DNA of 64,000 nt from Piromyces finnis finn (Eukaryota; Fungi; Neocallimastigomycota): assembly GCA_002104945.1 (NCBI GenBank), contig MCFH01000022.1, positions 496,001-560,000 on the forward strand. Direction: 5' to 3'. The position numbers were made by a program, and so were the translations under genes. The notes beneath the pieces are model-generated. The model searched no databases and was not told where the DNA came from. It was given only the letters and a program-made list of their open reading frames with translations. Within the stretch, counting starts at the first letter, position 1. Every line of letters starts with the position of its first letter. Below, one piece after another: positions 13,006-26,699 of the stretch.

Positions 13006-15519
13006 TTATTCTTTATTAACAGGATTTGTTTTGTATACATAACAATTAGATGTTTCTGAAGGATTATTAAGTTTACTATGGTTACTTTCTTTAATTTTAT
13101 TAAATAATTTAACACAGACACTGTCGTTCTTTAATGGAACAAATTCTTTTAAATTCGTTGTATTTGCTTTAGAAGTGTCGGATTCTTTTGTTGGTGGATT
13201 TAGTAATATAAGAAGAATTCTTGATCCAACTAAGAAGTGAATACAAAAGAAATGGGTTAAGCAATTGAATGAAATAATTAGTAAAAATACAGAATAAAAA
13301 TATTCATCAGATAGTGTTAGTAGTAATCTTTGAACAATAAAATTGGATATATTTAATCCAAAAATAACAAATGTATAACAAACATCTCCAAATCTTTTAG
13401 ATTTTCCTCCCGTTGTGATAATCATAAATAATAATCCAATAAACTTTTATATATTTTATATTAACAATGATATATAATTTTAATTTATAATTAATATTAT
13501 TGAATTAGTTAGTTTTTAATTCATTATTTTATAATATATATTTATATATAATTAATAGCTTACCACTGCATAAAGAATTGCATCATATATACTATTATGA
13601 ACATATGAGTATGTTGGTTCAATTTCTGGAAATCGAGTATCTCTAAATGATCCATATGGGAAATAGTAAAATTCATAGGAACATGCGAGTATAAATCTAT
13701 AAAGGAAAATTATCAGTATAACTGTGATTATAAACAGGAACATACGTAGATTGGTTAAGGTTTCAGTTATAAATATATTTGATTTAAATATTTTGTAGAT
13801 ACGATATGTAATTGCAAACATTGGAATATAAATTAAATTAATACTAAGTGCTTCAAGACAGTAAAATAATTTCGATTTGAAAATAGAGTATGGTGGTAAA
13901 TATTTCAAAATTTTTACCATACTAATTAATGTTCCAACTAAAATCATATTACAAAACATAGGTGAAATGACTTTGATATATGGATGATTTTTATATTTAT
14001 GAACTAAGAAAATTACAAGAATATTTATTATTGAAAAGAAAATCACAATAATATACGAAAATACACCAACAATTCCCATGTTATTCGTAATTAAATACTT
14101 TATATTCTTAAAATAGTAAATAATATTATCAATATTATTATTCAATAAATTAGTTCTAAATAGTTTCGGAAGAAGAACCATAATTTCAAATAACGGTGAA
14201 CTATATTTCGATTTAAAAACATTTTTCAATTTAATTCTTTTCATGTTTTCGATATATTTACATATTAAACTTTCTTTTTGACAATATAATTTAATATCGG
14301 GATCAGATTCTTTTTGATCTAAATCAAATGTAGGAATACTTCCAAAATGTTCAGAACGATGTAATTGAATATCTTTAGATGTTAATTGAAGTGCAATTTC
14401 TAAAAGAATTTGATTTTCCTTCTTACTAAATTGACTAATGCATAAAAACTTTTCAGTTACAGCACTAACATTTTTAGGAAGAAGCGTCATTGGGATTGTT
14501 TTATCATTATCATTGGATCGGAAAAGCGGATTATGAGATGCTTTACCTTTAAAGAATGCACTTTCGCCATCTAAGAATGCTTTATATGAAGTACCTAAAC
14601 TAATTCTAGTAGAATTCTCGATATTTCCTCCAGTATAAGTATCAATATAATTATAAAAACTGGTAAATACATCTCTAGCTGTATCATTTATGAATACTTC
14701 AAAAAATTCTGGATCGTATTCTTTTGATAATTCATATTTATTACCTGTATATTCCATTAAAAATTGTAAAACATCATAATCATCACCTAAACCAATACTT
14801 AAATTAGACGTGGATGAAATGGAAGAATATAATTTGTCCCATGATATTTGATCCATTTCATCTGAAAGTCGTTTTGTAACTTCGTTATTTGGATCATAAT
14901 ACATAACATCAAAATCTAATTCATAAGGTAATCCATACAATCTGTCTTTATAAATAGCATCTTCTAAAATACTTGGATCATTAAAATTAATACTGTTCAT
15001 TTTAACATAATCGGTCAAGTCAAGTAGTAATTCCAAAGATGGATAACGATATCCTAAATGATAATAATATTCTGTTTCCATAAATTCCAATTCACTAAAT
15101 AATATTTTATCATCTAAAACAACCATATCATAATACTGTTCTTCTATTCCTGCTATAGCTTCATAGAAATATCTATAGTAAATTGTACCACCATTTGCAG
15201 TAAGACCTATATAATCAAAAAACGTTATGCTTACTCTAATATCTTTTAACATTTCATTGTTTTTATTTTTTTCAATTAAATAATTATTTATCATATTTTC
15301 ATATTCATATTCTATTTCAGTAATATTTCTAGCATCCTCCATATCTGGAGATTTCATAAGTATATTAATTACATTTGGATCATATACTTCTTCTTCTTCT
15401 TCAATAATATCAGTTGTATCTTCTTCTTGTCCATATGTTTTTGATAATAAACAAAGGATGATAAATATAATATATATGATATATGAATATGAAAAGTACA
15501 TCCTATCTTTTACTTTCAT
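13006..15519 (-). CDS. SBP-ectodomain class C GPCR, copy 4; exons 15519..13564 and 13443..13006
   Basis: LYGLPYELDFDVMYY; HPYIKVISPMFCNMILVG. Phase-0 intron GTAAGC(13563)..AG(13444) joins LYAV|FIGLLFM. Confidence 0.9.
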
Positions 15520-17071
15520 TTTTTACTTCAACAATAATTAAAAGATTAATTAGTTATATATTTTTTTCTTTTTCAAAATAATTTGATTAATAAATAATAA
15601 AACTGTATAGTTTTATTAGATATTAGATAATATAGAATTAAATGATTCTATATAAAAATGAAAAAATTATTTATTCTAAAAAAAATTATTTATTTATTTG
15701 TTTAGTTTTATAATAAGTTTTATAATAATACATTTTATAGTTATTTTCTTTCTCTTAATTAGTTATATTTAATTTTAAAATAATATATAGAGAAACTTTA
15801 AAAAATTTATGATATAAAAAAAAGTTATAAATATATTTTATCAATTATTTTTAGTTTTTTTCAAAAAAGTTAGATTTTAGGAATAATTAACCAAGTGGAG
15901 TTTAATAATGTATTTTTTCTCCAAAAAATCATTATTAATTGAATGTTGCTTGTGTATTTGGTATAGCCTAAACACTTATATAGTTCTAATTTGAAATGTA
16001 CAATGTACATTTTGTCAAAAATAATATTCTAAAAATAAACTTAAATTTTATAGTTACTATTAATTATCCAATAATAATGCATGAATTATATGGATCATAC
16101 ATTTACATTATTTCTGATATAAAAATAATATGTGACTTGAGCATATTATTATATTAGTAATTTTTCCTAATATTAAATTTATATAGTTTTATTATAATAT
16201 TAATTGTTTCTACAATGTACAAAAATGTAATGAAAATGTATGACAAATGTAATATCATGTACTGTAAAAGAATAATGTAGATGTAGGATCCATATAGTTC
16301 TAGCCTTATAATTGGACAATTAATTATTAAGTAAGCCTCATTAGTATAAATAGATAAATAGACTAGAATAAATATTATTAAAAAGGGCTTCTTGTTTTAG
16401 TTAGAATTTTAATATTTGACAACGACAGAACGTTTTAGTATTTAGACAAAATAGAAATATTGGAACGTTATAAATAAAATTATTAATAAAACATATATTA
16501 TTTAAAGTTTAATTCTTTCTACATAAAATTAACCCGTATCATTTCCTTATATGAATTATGATTATGATACTGAATCTTTTACTTGAAATAATGAAATGTT
16601 AATATTTATAAATAAATTTAAAAAAAAAAATATAATTATTAATATTAACAGAATTTACAATAAATATTAAACTTTTTCATAATGTTTACAATACAATTAA
16701 AATTTTAGTATCAAAAAGTTTATGTTTTAATAAATAATTTCTATAATAGTATAAAATAAATTTTTATAACATTTACTATTATTATTTAGTTTTATTATCT
16801 ACTATTTTTTATTATTATATTTTTTTTTTTTTTACTATTAAAATTTATTATCATAAATATTAAAGATTTATATTCTTAAACTATTTTTAAAAAAGGAAAC
16901 TTTTTTAAATATTTATATTCTTGAACTATTTTTAAAAAAGGAAACTTTTTTAAATATTTAAAATTAATGAATATTTAAAATAAAATTAATTAATCCATTG
17001 ACTCATAAAAAAGATAATTTATCCAAAAATAAGAAAATGTTTATAATTACCGAAGGAAAAATAAAACAAAA

Positions 17072-17097
17072 ATGTTATTTAAAAATTTATTTTAAGT

Positions 17098-17128
<31 letters not shown>

Positions 17129-17275
17129 GTAAATTACAAATATTTATTTATAAATATTTAATTTTACAATTGCTAGTCTTTAATTTTTTTTTTTATTTTC
17201 ATTAGTTATAGCTAATATAAATATTTAAAAAAGAGATTATGAAGAGGAAGAAACTAATTATTACTATAATATTTA
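17072..17275 (+). pseudogene. Decayed 5' remnant of the GPI-protein gene at 24890
   Basis: aaataaaacaaaaATGttatttaaaaatttattttaagtaaat parallels 24879-24918 (AG|GT has become TAA|GT). ttcattagttatagctaat...aaaagagattatgaagaggaagaaactaattattactata parallels 25045-25116. No continuation. Confidence 0.65.
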
Positions 17276-17600
17276 TTATATTTATTATATATATATTATT
17301 TATTATTTATTATAAGAACACATTTAATTATACAAAAATTTCCTTTTTACATTAATTAATTGACATATATATATAGTTATTTAATTTTAAAATACATATA
17401 AAATATATTTTTATTATTTTAATAATTATAATAATAATTTCGATTAAATATATACTTCATTATTTTAACAAATTAAATCAATATTTTCAAATTTTATATA
17501 CATATACATTTGATGATATTTCAATTAATATATTGATATCAATTTCTAAGTTTATTATTGTTCTTAATTACTACCAATTACTACGATTTGTTTTACTTTC

Positions 17601-20067
17601 TTAGTAATTCAACGATGTTGAAAGAGCATTTGACTGTCTTCTATTATTTTTTTTAAATCTACCAATTAAACTAACATAAGCATTGTTTCTCTTTAATGGA
17701 ATAAATTCTTTTAAATATGTAGTATTTACTTTAGAAACATTGGATTCTACTGTTGATGGATTTAGTAATATAAGAAGAATTCTTGATCCAACTAAGAAAT
17801 GAATACAAAAGAAATGGGTTAAACAATTGAATGAAACAATTAGTAAAAATACAGAATAAAAATATTCATCAGATAGTGTTAGTAGTAATCTTTGAACAAT
17901 AAAATTGGATATATTTAATCCAAAAATAACAAATGTATAACAAACATCTCCAAATCTTTTAGATTTTCCTCCCGTTGTGATAATCATAAATAATAATCCA
18001 ATAAACTTTTATATATTTTATATTAACAATGATATATAATTTTTAATATACATTAGTTTTTCATTCAATATTTCATAATGTATATATATATATATACATT
18101 TAATAACTTACCACTGCATAAAGAATTGCATTATATATACTATTATGAATTTCTGAATATGTTGGCATAATATCTGGGAAACGAGTATCTCTAAATGATC
18201 CATATGGGAAATAGTAAAATTCATAGGAACATGCGAGTATAAATCTATAAAGGAAAATTATCAGTATAACTGTGATTATAAACAGGAACATACGTAGATT
18301 GGTTAAGGTTTCCGCTATAAATATATTTGATTTGAATATTTTGTAGATACGATATGTAATTGCAAACATTGGAATATAAATTAAATTAATACTAAGTGCT
18401 TCAAGACAGTAAAATAATTTCGATTTGAAAATAGAGTATGGTGGTAAATACTTCAAAATTTTTACCATACTAATTAATGTTCCAACTAAAATCATATTAC
18501 AAAACATAGGTGAAATGACTTTGATATATGGATGATTTTTATATTTATGAACTAAGAAAATTACAAGAATATTTATTATTGAAAAGAAAATCACAATAAT
18601 ATACGAAAATACACCAACAATTCCCATGTTATTCGTAATTAAATACTTTATATTCTTAAAATAGTAAATAATATTATCAATATTATTATTCAATAAATTA
18701 GTTCTAAATAGTTTCGGAAGAAGAACCATAATTTCAAATAACGGTGAACTATATTTCGATTTAAAAACATTTTTCAATTTAATTCTTTTCATGTTTTCGA
18801 TATATTTACATATTAAACTTTCTTTTTGACAATATAATTTAATATCGGGATCAGATTCTTTTTGATCTAAATCAAATGTAGGAATACTTCCAAAATGTTC
18901 AGAACGATGTAATTGAATATCTTTAGATGTTAATTGAAGTGCAATTTCTAAAAGAATTTGATTTTCCTTCTTACTAAATTGACTAATGCATAAAAACTTT
19001 TCAGTTACAGCACTAACATTTTTAGGAAGAAGCGTCATTGGGATTGTTTTATCATTATCATTGGATCGGAAAAGCGGATTATGAGATGCTTTACCTTTAA
19101 AGAATGCACTTTCGCCATCTAAGAATGCTTTATATGAAGTACCTAAACTAATTCTAGTAGAATTCTCGATATTTCCTCCAGTATAAGTATCAATATAATT
19201 ATAAAAACTGGTAAATACATCTCTAGCTGTATCATTTATGAATACTTCAAAAAATTCTGGATCGTATTCTTTTGATAATTCATATTTATTACCTGTATAT
19301 TCCATTAAAAATTGTAAAACATCATAATCATCACCTAAACCAATACTTAAATTAGACGTGGATGAAATGGAAGAATATAATTTGTCCCATGATATTTGAT
19401 CCATTTCATCTGAAAGTCGTTTTGTAACTTCGTTATTTGGATCATAATACATAACATCAAAATCTAATTCATAAGGTAATCCATACAATCTGTCTTTATA
19501 AATAGCATCTTCTAAAATACTTGGATCATTAAAATTAATACTGTTCATTTTAACATAATCGGTCAAGTCAAGTAGTAATTCCAAAGATGGATGACGATAT
19601 CCTAAATGATAATAATATTCTGTTTCCATAAATTCCAATTCACTAAATAATATTTTATCATCTAAAACAACCATATCATAATACTGTTCTTCTATTCCTG
19701 CTATAGCTTCATAGAAATATCTATAGTAAATTGTACCACCATTTGCAGTAAGACCTATATAATCAAAAAACGTTATGCTTACTCTAATATCTTTTAACAT
19801 TTCATTGTTTTTATTTTTTTCAATTAAATAATTATTTATCATATTTTCATATTCATATTCTATTTCAGTAATATTTCTAGCATCCTCCATATCTGGAGAT
19901 TTCATAAGTATATTAATTACATTTGGATCATATACTTCTTCTTCTTCTTCAATAATATCAGTTGTATCTTCTTCTTGTCCATATGTTTTTGATAATAAAC
20001 AAAGGATGATAAATATAATATATATGATATATGAATATGAAAAGTACACCCTATCTTTTACTTTCAT
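17601..20067 (-). CDS. SBP-ectodomain class C GPCR, copy 5; exons 20067..18112 and 18005..17601
   Basis: Near-identical to copy 4. Intron GTAAGT(18111)..AG(18006). Confidence 0.9.
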
Positions 20068-21224
20068 TTTTTACCTCAACAATAATTGGAATATTAACTA
20101 TATATTAATATAATATTTTCTTTTAGTCAAAAATATATATATATATATAATTATTTAATATATATAAAAAAGAAGACAAAAAAGAAAAATAGAAAAATAG
20201 AACACCAAAAAAATTTCTAAAACTCTTTTTTTATTAATTAAATATATAAAGAAGCTTGCTTCATAGTTTATTAAATTTAATTTTTTAATTTAGTTATTAT
20301 CTTTCTTTATACCGTATATCCCTTATATTTAAAATAACTATATTAAAATAACATATAGAGAAACCTGCAGATGTATGATATAAAAAAAGTTTTATAAATA
20401 TTTTATTTTTAGTCTTTTCGAAAGTTAAATTTAATTTATTCTCCCAAAATTAGAAAACTTTAATTAATTATATATAAAATTCACTTTTTTATTTATTTAA
20501 TAACAATCATTTTCATTTTCTTTTAAATAATCATTTCAATTATTCTACAATTTTTTCATTGAATCGAAACCAGTTAATATGTATAAATTGCTTTTATATG
20601 TTAATATTAACATTAATAACCTCTACCGAATTACTATTCCAAAAAAAAAAAAAATAGTTATCCACAATTTATATTTGCATACATTCTTAAGAAAGGATAA
20701 TTAAAAAACAAAAAACTACAAATATTAAATAAAATTTAAAATTTAATTCATGAAAGTAAAATATATATAAAATTAAATATTTATATCTGTCTTTTAAATA
20801 TTTTTTGCCAAGAGACAATAGAAACTTTATCTAATGCTCATATACAATTATTTATTAGATATTTAATTATAATATAAAATAAAATTATTTAAGCATTTAT
20901 TTATCTCCCCAATGTATATTTTTAATATTTTATTTTTTTTAATAGTTAGAGCTAATTAGTAAAAAAAAAAAAAAGAAAGATGAACTAAATATTATTATTT
21001 ATATCATTTAATTAATTTAGATTTGTTATATAAATTTATTTATATATTTATTATTTATTTATTATTTTACACATTGAATTGATATATATATTTATTTGAT
21101 TTTAATATTATTATAAAAACAATGATAATAAATATTACAATGTTTTCAAATTCTATATATGTACATTTGATGATGAGCAATTTCATAGAATTTTTTTATT
21201 TTCTTTTTTTTTTTTTTTTTATGA

Positions 21225-22030
21225 TAATTATTATGATGAAAGAGAAGCATTAAATTTGCTTTATTTAATTTTTTTAATATTGTTGTCATAGGCTTTTTTA
21301 TTCTTTAATGGAACAAATTTTTTTAAATTCGTTGTATTCATTTTAGGATTATCTAATCCTATTGTTGATGGATTTAGTAATATAAGAAGAATTCTTGATC
21401 CAACTAAGAAATGAACACAAAAGAAATGTTGATTATGAAATGTTTTACCTTTAAAGAATGCACTCTCGACATCTAACTATCATTTATGAATACTTCAAAA
21501 AATTCTGGATCGTATTCTTTTGATAATTCATATTTATTACCTGTATATTCCATTAAAAATTGTAAAACATCATAATCATCACCTAAACCAATACTTAAAT
21601 TAGACGTGGATGAAATGGAAGAATATAATTTGTCCCACGATATTTGATTCATTTCATCTGAAAGTCGTTTTGTAACTTCGTTATTTGAATCATAATACAT
21701 AACATCAAAATCTAATTCATAAGGTAACCCATACAATCTGTCTTTATAAATAGCATCTTCTAAAATACTTGGATCATTAAAATTAATACTGTTCATTTTA
21801 ACATAATCGGTCAAGTCAAGTAGTAATTCCAAAGATGGATGACGATATCCTAAATAATAATAATATTCTGTTTCCATAAATTCCAATTCACTAAATAATA
21901 TTTTATCATCTAAAACAACCATATCATAATACTGTTCTTCTATTCCTGCTATAGCTTCATAGAAATATCTATAGTAGATTGTACCACCATTTGCAGTAAG
22001 ACCTATATAATCAAAAAACGCTATACTTAA
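21225..22030 (-). pseudogene. Internally deleted, 5'-truncated copy of GPCR 4/5
   Basis: Three blocks joined: SBP segment (about 21477-22028), a short LDVESAFFKGK segment (about 21429-21476) and the distal part of exon 2 (about 21225-21428). Signal peptide, most of the 7TM and the intron are missing. Confidence 0.85.
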
Positions 22031-22584
22031 TACCCAGAAAACATAAAATTTTACTTAGTATATAATATTATTGAAAAAGTAAGAATAATATCTTTTAAAA
22101 AAAAAGAATAAAATAAAAATAGGCATTCCTTATTTTTAATTTCATTAATAAATATCATTATTTTTATTTATCTAAAATAATTGTTTATGTAGAAAAATAT
22201 TTGAATAATGTAGATTACAAAAATTTATAAAATTTTTCTTTATTAGTATAAACAATAGTATTAATAGTAAGAAATGATAGTTCTTATTATCTAAATTTGA
22301 ATATATCAAAGATTATTCCTTTTGCGATTTATTAGAAAATAAATAATAAATTTAAAGTAATAATGTTATAGAAATTGAAAGAAAATTCAATTGGTCAGTA
22401 CTAATTATAATCCTTTCACCTAACAAAAATTTAATCTTTAACTTTAGGTATTTGAAAAGTCAAATTCAATTAATTTATTCAAGTGGAATAGCGACTTTTT
22501 TTTTTCTTGTTTTTAATTATAATTACTAAAATGCATTATTTTTTATTCATTTATATATCTTTTTAAATTAATATTTTTTATATA

Positions 22585-22813
22585 TTTTTATTTTATTTTA
22601 TTTTATTTTATTTTATTTTATTTTATTTTATTTTATTTTATTTTATTTTATTTTATTTTATTTTATTTTATTTTATTTTATTTTATTTTATTTTATTTTA
22701 TTTTATTTTATTTTATTTTATTTTATTTTATTTTATTTTATTTTATTTTATTTTATTTTATTTTATTTTATTTTATTTTATTTTATTTTATTTTATTTTA
22801 TTTTATTTTATTT
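22585..22813. repeat. (ATTTT)n pentanucleotide microsatellite
   Basis: About 230 bp of uninterrupted TTTTA units. Confidence 0.95.
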
Positions 22814-24889
22814 TCTATTTTTAATTATTTATGTTTTTTGGTTTAATTTATTTTTAAACTTTATGACAGCTATTTAAATTTTAATTAATAGGTTTATAAA
22901 ATATTTAGATATTTAGTACCAAAAAAAAATTATATATATATATAATCAATAGGAAAATATAAAATGACTTTTTTATTTTTTCCTAATTATTAAAAAAAAA
23001 GTTTTTAAAATAAATATTAATTTTACGTAATAATGTAATAATATTAAATTTTTTGGTAATTAAAAAAAGCTTTTACGTTAAAATTCATAATAAAAGTAAA
23101 CTATAATTAGATAAATAAATAAATAATAATTTAATTGATACAAAACCATTTTAACCTATCTACCAAAAAAATTATAAATCTTTATTTTCCTTCTTTTTTT
23201 TTTCGAATACATATATAATCTACAAAATAACTAATTAGAAATTTATATATATATTTTATGTCTATTTTATTTTAGTTTTTTTAATATTAAAACCATCTAA
23301 AAATATTTTAAATATTAGTTTATAACAACAACATAAATAAAATATATATGTATTTCATTTTTATAATGTGAATCATACTTTTTTTTAATAAATAATGACT
23401 ATTAATATCATATTAACCGCCGTTTGATATATATTAAAGTTTTTTACTATTTTTTATAATTAAAATTTTATTAAAAATAGTAAAAGTTTTTACAATTAAA
23501 TAAAATAATTACCATTCCCACTTTATATTAATCCAAATTTAATCATAATTTTCGATTTTATATATATATATATTTATCCTTAACATATTACAATATAGTT
23601 ATCATAATTACAAATAAAATAAACAAAATTTACAAAGTATATTTATAAGAAATGAAAAATCTTTAGCAAAAAAAAAAAAAAATTAAAAATTACCATTATT
23701 ATAAATATCATCATAGTATTATTATAAATATAAAATGAAAACTATTTTTCTAAAATATTTTCTTTTAATTTACTATTGATAAAAGGTTATTTGATTTATT
23801 ATCCAATAATAATAAATTGAATAAATGGATTATATGGATCATACATTTACATTATTTCCTTTTATGTATTATGATTAAATTACATTTCTTTACATTCATT
23901 TACATTTTTTATAGTAAGTAAGTAATAAGTATTTTGGTAGAAAATACTTTTATTAGGAATTATTAAGACAACTTAAAATGAAATGACAATGGATACTGTT
24001 TTTATTTCAATGGAAATAATATTTAAAAATAAAAAAAAAACCTTACATTTATTTAAATATATAATTAATGGAAAAATTATAATATAGACTTAGAATTTAA
24101 TATTTATATATTTCCCTTATATATGTCTATAATATTTTATATTTAACATTATTTACAAACTACTAAAAATAATATTAGGAAAAAAGGAATCATTAAAAAA
24201 AATCAAAACAAAGTTTTAATGGTTCGTCTAAATTTTAATAATTAGTAAATAAAAATATTTCAAAAAATTAAATATTATTCTTATTTTAAATATAATTGAA
24301 AAATAATATTTAAAATATAAACTGAGCTTTATCATTAATTATTATAATTTAAAATGGCAATAGTATTAGTAGTAAGCATCAATAAATATAATTTGTTTCT
24401 TGGTATAATTGAATGTTAATATAAATAAAATAGAATTAAAAAAAAAATAATAATGTTAACAAAATTTACACAATATCGTCAATAATTAAAATATATATAT
24501 ATATATTTAAATAATGCTTGCATACATCATACAATTTAGAGTTAACAATATCAAAAATATTTTTTAATAAATTATTTCAAAAATTATTATTATTTACTAT
24601 TATTATTTATTTATTACTATTTATTATTACTATTTATTATTATTATTATCATTATTATGAATAATTAAAATTTACTATCTTATCAATTCAAATATGGGAA
24701 ATTTATATTTTTTAAAATTTTTTAAAAAAGGAAAACTTTTTAAAGATTTTAAAATTAAAAACGTTTAAAAATATAAACAATTTAATCCATTTTTATAATA
24801 ATACTTTTTTTTTCTGATATAAAATGAAGATATTTCATCCAAAAATAAAGAAATTTTTATATTAATTATCTAAAAAAAATAAAACAAAA

Positions 24890-26107
24890 ATGTTACTTAA
24901 AAATTTATTTAGGTAAATAGTAAAAAACAAAAAAAATGTATCAAATAATTATTTAAAAGTATAAATAAAGTAAAACTATAAATATTTATCTAATTTATAA
25001 ATTATATATATAGCCTTAAAAACACTGGTCTTTTATTCCTTTTATCTTCATTAGTTGGAGCTACTAATGTTCAAAAAAGAGAAGAAGAAGAAGAAGAAAT
25101 TAAATATTACTATACTATTGGTCAAAGAACTTTAAGTTACTTAAGTTTTTACGATAAAGATGGAAAAACCATTGGAAGAAGAGTATTAACACAACCATTA
25201 TACAATAACAAAATTATGGACCAAATTAAGGATTACTTAAATAATAATGATGATATTATTAAGAAAACTGATGTTGTTGAAATTATTGGTATTAATCATG
25301 CTTCATTTTTAATCAACCATGATATTTTTGAATATGGTGCCTATCCAATAGAATCCCTCAAGGCTGACACTAGTTTTAACTATGAAGCTGGTTCCTTCCG
25401 TTGGAGACAAAATCAATCTACTAGTAGTACCACCGAATGGAGTTCCCAATCCTACCTTTGGGGTGTTAAGAATCATCAAGATAGTATTACCTACACTGAA
25501 AGTGATTTCCAAAAGGCTATCAATGCTAATGCTACTGATTTCCCACAACTCAAGGAATTAAATTGGAAATGTAATTATGATGCAGAAAAGAAAAGATGTA
25601 CTAATTTCGATATTATCCAAGATAAATCATACGATCTTCTTATCATGGGTTTAAACGAAATTACCATGCCAGATTATTTAATTCAAGAATATGTTAAATT
25701 CAAGAATGAAGCTTCTTTATATGATCCACAAATTTTAAAGAAATTCAATGTTGAAAATCCAAACTTTGAAAGTACTATTAATTGGTTCAATTCCACCATT
25801 GAAGAATTACGTAAATCAAAAGCCATTTGTGAAAATGCTGAAAACCAAAGTGTTATTCATTCCATTGTTAGCTACGAATGTGATCATTTAATTGATGAAG
25901 AATTAGTTCAACCAGATTCTGACTTTTTGTCCTCTGCTTCAATGAGCCTTTCTACTAAAGGTAATTATATATAATTAATAATAATTCATATTCTATAGAT
26001 TTCAATAATAATAAAATATATTTTTTATTTATATATATATAAATAATCCAATAGGTTTAACCATCATTTTAGCTAGTATTATGATGATGTTCTATTTCTT
26101 ATTTTAA
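24890..26107 (+). CDS. Secreted, probably GPI-anchored protein of unknown function (about 340 aa); join(24890..24912,25014..25960,26055..26107)
   Basis: Splicing AG|GTAAAT..TATAG and AAG|GTAATT..AATAG keeps frame. Gives MLLKNLFSLKNTGLLFLLSSLVGATNVQKREEEEEE... and the C-terminus SSASMSLSTKGLTIILASIMMMFYFLF*: signal peptide, KR site, small residues plus hydrophobic tail. Confidence 0.8.
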
Positions 26108-26699
26108 TTTAAATAATTAATGGATAGTATATAATTTTCCATTCATAATTATAAAAATTTAAAGTAAAATATACCTTATAGGATATATATATTGCAAAAT
26201 TTTTACAATTATGAGCTATTTAAATTATAGCCCTTTTTTTTTTTTTTGGAAAATCTATATTTGTAGATAATATGTAAATATTAAGACACCAAAAGATATT
26301 ATTGTTGTATATAATAATATGATAATAATAAATCGTTTATAATTATATAATCTATAGAATAACGATGATATATATTTGTTATATTTGTTTATTAATAATT
26401 TATGTGTGTTCATGAATTGTTTGAAATAGGTGTGGTATATATATATATATATATATATGAATAAAATATAATTATAAACTTTACTTTTTTTATTTTATTT
26501 TTAATATATTAAATATTAAACATAAGTTTATATTTACCTAGTTCATATATTTAATTATTTTTGTGAAAGTCATTCAAACAGTTCAATTAATAATAATTAC
26601 ATTTGTAATAATAATCAATAATAATAGTAACAACATTAAGGAATATAATAATAGTAACAATAAAAACATTAGTTGTTTTAGTAAGGATAAGATATATAG

